From the NCBI GenBank assembly GCA_051362555.1, contig CM120641.1, positions 26,914,401 through 26,978,400 of the forward strand: a stretch of DNA of 64,000 nt, written 5' to 3'. Source of the stretch: Lingula anatina (lineage: Eukaryota; Animalia; Brachiopoda). The notes below the pieces were generated by a model. That model did not search any database, was not told the DNA's origin, and was given only the letters and a program-made list of their open reading frames with translations. Position numbers and translations under genes: made by a program. Of the stretch, positions 61,103 to 64,000 are shown piece by piece; position 1 is the stretch's first letter, and each line of letters opens with the position of its first letter.

Positions 61103-64000
61103 GGTTTAGAAGAGAAAGTCTCGAAAAACAAGAGAAGTACATTCTGTCGGCATTTGTGGCTTCTATCAATCATGCTTCCCATTTCAAGTTCTGCGAAATG
61201 CCAGTATAATGTTGGTTGTCGGATAAGTACTGGCATTCTCCTAAGAACACATATAATTTCGGTTACATGGATGTTCCAGGCGTATTGCTGACCTGCGAAC
61301 ACGATAAAGTAAGCATTATCAATAGCACCAATTGATTAACACAGTGGACCGGAGGTTTTAGGGAACTGCCGACGGATACGGCACTAAAATACACAGAAAC
61401 TATAATATTACTAATAAAAGGTGGATTTAAACCGTACAAGAATAATAAAATCACCAGGTTAAGGGCAACGTATTGTTTTTACTTCATTTCCTTGGTTTGT
61501 CGATAAGAAAAACAATGGTTGCGATCGCGGCAACAGGGGAGCATTAATTATTCTACGGAGGTATCGGGTTTCTGGCGAGCCACTCGTCTTATCTAAATTG
61601 TAATTCGAAATCGAGATGCTATGCCAGAAATCCGATGGCAGAAAATTAATTCTTATACATATTTGGGGCAACGTCATTTAGATCGGACTTGTGGTTGTTG
61701 CATACAGTTATTACGGAGCAGCCTTGAACAGGTGTTTTTAGTTTTAAGCGGTTTTTTTGTTGCTTTCGGGTCAGTGGAACAGTGGCAAACTTCATCAGTT
61801 TATGTGAATAGTTGGCAAAGCTGACAGCAGTAAAAAAACTATTTCAATTAGTAGGAACATTTATTAACTGAAAGCATTATTGAGAACAAAAATGGTTCGT
61901 TAATTTTACACGTCTGTGAATGAGTGCTGTTTGTGCACATTTCGGCATATTTGACAAGATGTAATGAAAACTCATTAAAAAAAATTAAAGATTCTCACCT
62001 TAGTAAACCCTATATTTCACATGTTAACACTTTTTGGACACAGAAATATAACACTCAAACACAGTCTAAGGTATTCTATTAAGAAGCTTAGATTGGAAAT
62101 ACTTAGATTTGAAATATATAATCCGATTACTACATATATTCATCTTTCCTCTTGATTGAAACTAATCTTCAGATATCTAGTTCACCAATATCTTGCCATC
62201 ATGAATTCTTCTCGTATTCCATAACGGATTAAAGCGAAAACATTCTGCACCTAAAGCTATGAAATGATTGTTGCTATTTCACAAGGGTTTTTCGAGTCCA
62301 TTTTCTTTCCTACCTCCTCGGCCACCCGATTACATAAATTGGGTAGCACACAGACTTTACTTTTTGATGCAAGATCGTGAGATCGCCACTGATTAAAAGA
62401 TAATTAATTTATAATTAAATGTTTTAAGGTCGTAATGAAAAAGACAAGAAAATAAGATAAGCTGTCAAGCGAAAATGGTTGGCAAGGCGCAGAAATGAAA
62501 TGCGACATCATTGCTCTCTAGAGACGAATGTTCATTTTGCCGTCGATATGAAAGCTGAAGTATGAGATGGTGTTGTCTCTCACTTCTCGAGCTCTCACGC
62601 ACATCACGGCAGCGTCCGCGCTTGCCATTTCTAGGGCTGCGACCAATTCTATTTATGTAAACCATATAGAATTTGCAAGATATTTTTCTTTGTTTATTTC
62701 AGTAACGATGGCTGGTTCTCGCTACTCCATTTTCTCCTTTTATTTATTGAACCTCCTCTATGAGAAAAAAAATCAACACCATTGTAGATAATCGGTTGAA
62801 TAACATATCGATCCTCCACTGTGCAGACTTTGAAGCATAATAATTTAAGGTGACAGTATTACCATAATTCGTTTTGAAATTTTTAATTAAGTCTCATTCC
62901 ATGTTGCGTATAATTCGTGTTAATAATAACAAAAAATAAGAATCAAATCAGAGAGTATATCAAAGTCAAATAAATATTTCCATTCTTCGCTAAGCAACTG
63001 TGCCGTTCGTTGGCAATATTGACTCACTTTAAAATCGGTGAGCCAAGTGTCTTTTTACACAGCGTTCCAGTTGCAAACATTAATATTATGAGATCAAACC
63101 TCACGACAGAAAGAAACACGACCTGTCATTGAAGAATAATCAAACATTTGCCTTCAAATGTTTCTGTTTTCTGCTTAAGTAATTTACAGGCATGTTTTCC
63201 CAAAAAATCAAATGCGAAGGTTTGTTTTTTAAAACAACTAAGATATTCAAAGGTTTGACTTTTACATTTTAGTCGTATATTATTTCTGTGTAAACCTATT
63301 AATGGCGGTCGTCTTCAACGGTGGGGGAGCTGTTTTCATGGGCTTTAAAACACCCAAACAGAAAGAGTACATATATATCTAAAGACATATTAAAATATTA
63401 CAAAGAAGAAACTTCAAAAGCCAGAGGATGATTACAGCGAGTTTATTAAGGGTTTTTGAGCCCCTCTCACCGGGCAATCTTATAGCAGAAAAAGTACAGA
63501 AGTCAAGCACTCCATTATCCACTAAGTAAACGAAGATCCCGCAGAAAAGAGTATTATTAACTTTATTAAGAAGCGTAAGTTAAAGTAAATTCCCTTCCAA
63601 TTCAGCCTTGGGCTAGCTTTTATACAAACGGCGAGATGTTAAGAGAAAATTACCAGGCTGTGCGTACGAACCTTAAAAAACAGATTCTTTGTAACACAGT
63701 GCTATCCAATTACCGTTTGGCCCAGAGCTAGTTAGGAGCGACAAAAGACGAAAATGGTTTTCCCGCGATTGAATAGCGGGCCGCTTCACGCATGAAAAAA
63801 TCTAAGTTTTCAATAAGAACATGTGCCTAAAGACAGTACGCTTTCAAATTAAAATTGTTTTTTTTTCTTCGTTTCTTTTTTATCATTGTCACACTAACCG
63901 TGATATATGCAACCGGGAGCTGAGAGTTACAGTTACTTAAAAAGGAAAGAGCGGTAAGGGTGAGTTGAATTGAACTTTTTTGGCAACGCGTTTATATCAA

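Overview
AT-rich, intron-containing animal genomic DNA, most likely an invertebrate (mollusc/lophotrochozoan-like; inferred from the repeat types). Six spliced genes were reconstructed by hand: the 3' part of PTGR2 (+), ERLEC1 (-), TMEM87 (+), FAU/ubiquitin-like-RPS30 (-), RNF8 (+) and Six1/2 (+). ERLEC1/TMEM87 and FAU/RNF8 are tight head-to-head pairs. Introns carry many non-autonomous DNA elements: two Helentron-type elements with internal 146-bp and 161-bp tandem arrays, plus piggyBac-, Tc1/mariner-, hAT- and Kolobok-like MITEs. A Penelope-like fragment lies just downstream of PTGR2. The most striking signal is in TMEM87. Two duplicated 78-nt exons each have a U2-type acceptor and a U12-type ATATCCTT donor, and they share one downstream U12 branch point with a non-AG acceptor. 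This is a candidate mutually exclusive exon switch enforced by spliceosome incompatibility, and it is surrounded by RBFOX/QKI motifs. Also notable are a C-terminal CCHC zinc knuckle on RNF8, an in-frame ATG-TGA start-stop uORF upstream of Six1/2, and a sharp CpG-poor to CpG-rich switch near 40 kb. All calls were made by eye; no database searches were run.
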